Positions 62,477 through 64,000 of a stretch of DNA of 64,000 bases are shown here, piece by piece. The translations under genes were made by a program, and so were the position numbers. The stretch lies in contig OY970218.1 in NCBI GenBank assembly GCA_963713975.1, positions 1 to 64,000 on the forward strand. The letters run 5' to 3'. The stretch's first letter is position 1. Every line of letters begins with the position of its first letter. This stretch comes from an uncultured Chloroflexia bacterium (GTDB lineage: Bacteria > Chloroflexota > Limnocylindria > Limnocylindrales > CSP1-4). The notes beneath the pieces were generated by a model. The model was not told the origin of the DNA, searched no databases, and worked only from the letters and a program-made list of their open reading frames with translations.

Positions 62477-63325
62477 TCAGGGGCGCAGGGTGCCGGACCA
62501 GACCTGCCAGGCGAGCAGCGACTTCGCCACCAGGCTCAGGATCATGTAGGTCTTCTCGCCGTACAGATACTCCCGCCAGCGGCCGACCTTCCGGTACTGG
62601 AGGACCATGGTGATCGCGAAGATGTTGAAGGCCACGAACAGGCTGCCGATGATCAGGTAGACGAACGCGGGGATCCCGAAGTCGGCCGGCAGGCCATCCT
62701 GGGCCGAGAAGGCCCACACGACGGAGAAGATCGCGATCCATGGGGCGATGCCGGCGATGCACCCGAAGATGAAGTGCTTCCAATCGGGCTTCTCGCGGCC
62801 CTCATTCGCCGCCTCCATGCTCCAGCCGAACAGGTTCATGGCCACGTTCGCGCCGGCGATCGCGACGAGCGCCGTGAACTGGTCGATGTAGCTGATGTAA
62901 GCGATCGCCACGATCATCACGGTGGACGAGAAGGCGTACTCGACCCAGCGCAGGGGGTTCATGCCGCGGGCGAGCCAGGCCTCGTACCGGGCCCGCAGTG
63001 GCCATCCGGCAAGGAAGTGCGCGAACGCGCTCATCAGGAAGAAGCTGGCGATCAGGTAGGCCAGCGGGAAGGACACGAGCACCACGCTCGACGGCTCGGT
63101 CCCGCTGAAGGTCCCGTCGGTGAAGACCGGCTTGACGGTTGGGACGATGGGCTCAAACAGGGTCGCGGTGCTCGAGATGGCCACCATCAGCGCGAACTGG
63201 ATACCGTGCGCGAAGGTCAGGAATCGGTTCCAGCGCCGGAGCGATCGGCTCTTGTCGGCGGGGATGGCCTGGGCGGACTCGCTCGGGGCGGGCACGCTGG
63301 TCGCCGGGGCGGCGTGTGCAGTCAT
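62477..63325 (-). CDS. Heliorhodopsin
   Basis: LRRWN..AH.IQ, FAHF, NPLRWVEYAFSS.VM, MNLFG..ME and YGE..Y.ILSLVAKSLLAW (retinal Lys); AGGAG RBS. Confidence 0.95.
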   Translation of the reverse strand: MTAHAAPATSVPAPSESAQAIPADKSRSLRRWNRFLTFAHGIQFALMVAISSTATLFEPIVPTVKPVFTDGTFSGTEPSSVVLVSFPLAYLIASFFLMSAFAHFLAGWPLRARYEAWLARGMNPLRWVEYAFSSTVMIVAIAYISYIDQFTALVAIAGANVAMNLFGWSMEAANEGREKPDWKHFIFGCIAGIAPWIAIFSVVWAFSAQDGLPADFGIPAFVYLIIGSLFVAFNIFAITMVLQYRKVGRWREYLYGEKTYMILSLVAKSLLAWQVWSGTLRP

Positions 63326-63418
63326 TGGCTCGGGATCTCCTGCAGTGATGTCACGCTCCAGTTCGATCCCGGGGGCCGCGTGGATTGGATGCAGGCCGGC
63401 CACTGCGGCCGCCCCACG

Positions 63419-63504
63419 TGGCGGCGAGGGTGGGATTCGAACCCACGGGGCTTGCGCCCGGCGCTTTTCAAGAGCGCTGCCTTAGACCGCTCGGCCACCT
63501 CGCC
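63419..63504 (-). tRNA. tRNA-Ser(TGA)
   Basis: GCGCT-CT-TGA-AA-AGCGC arm, long variable arm; TGCTATGCT extended -10 upstream. Confidence 0.95.
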
Positions 63505-63556
63505 GCGGGCGAGCATAGCAGCGGGCGGCCGGGGCGGAGACTAGGCTGGGCGGAGA

Positions 63557-64000
63557 CTAGGCACGGACGACACAGGTGCCGGCGATCAGGTCGTGCCAGC
63601 CGCGCTTGCGCTTGTCGACCAGGATCCAGAGGAACCCGATGTAGAACACCATGATGCTGATGTAGTAGCCGATCAGGCGCAGGATCGCCGACCCCCATCC
63701 GATCGGGCCGCCGTCCTCGTCCCGGACGACGCGGATCCGCATCAGCTTCGCGCCCGGCGTCTGGCCCCCGTGCGACCAGAAGTACGGGAAGTACAGGAAC
63801 GTGACGATGAACACGCCCAGGATGGCGATCACGATGCTCACCCCGGCGATGACATTCATGTCGTCGGCGCCGGCCACGCCGCCGATCGACCCGAACACGA
63901 ACATGATGGCGACCGCCGCGATGCCGGCGATGAGGCCGTCGATCCAGTAGGCGATGAGCCGTGCGATCGAGCTCGCGAACCTGACCCCCGGCGCCGGGCC
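63557..64000 (-). CDS. RDD family membrane protein (5' end off window)
   Basis: ARLIAYWID..GQTPG..RVV..R..RGWHDLIAGT. Confidence 0.9.
   Translation of the reverse strand, partial: GPAPGVRFASSIARLIAYWIDGLIAGIAAVAIMFVFGSIGGVAGADDMNVIAGVSIVIAILGVFIVTFLYFPYFWSHGGQTPGAKLMRIRVVRDEDGGPIGWGSAILRLIGYYISIMVFYIGFLWILVDKRKRGWHDLIAGTCVVRA

Noticed and set aside
63326-63418. Integrative element at the tRNA-Ser(TGA) 3' end carrying heliorhodopsin
   Set aside because: No integrase, no duplicated tRNA 3' end (att site) and no visible compositional shift.

Overview
High-GC core-genome window, most likely from a Chloroflexota bacterium. The basis is the 16S sequence (short V1/V3 and near-matches to Chloroflexi-type signatures) plus a Firmicute-like gene order; a Limnocylindria/Ellin6529-like lineage is an inference. 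From left to right it contains: nusG-secE-tRNA-Trp-rpmG-tuf-2x tRNA-Thr; a clpC-radA-PIN/TRAM-ispDF-cysS-rlmB block; rpsA; an Fpg/Nei glycosylase; a LysM protein; a full rrn operon (16S-Ile-Ala-23S-5S); large SRP RNA-dnaX-ybaB-recR; a TadA-like deaminase; PPi-type Pfk; a three-gene CDP-ribitol/teichoic-acid-like cluster; a nucleoside hydrolase; MarR; an aro operon with a probable attenuator; cydABDC; a T-box-controlled trp operon; glgC; and a heliorhodopsin. No mobile elements or CRISPR arrays were seen. The most unusual signals are: (1) a tRNA-Arg with a GCG anticodon together with a TadA homolog lacking the catalytic Glu (HAV instead of HAE); (2) a TrpC-TrpF-TrpB triple fusion; (3) very long repeat-built disordered extensions on RlmB (R/Y/G/P-rich) and S1 (A/E-rich); (4) an H54a-like 23S rRNA insertion alongside many leaderless genes; (5) heliorhodopsin directly upstream of a lone glgC; (6) a non-T-box aro attenuator and an unassigned structured region upstream of it.
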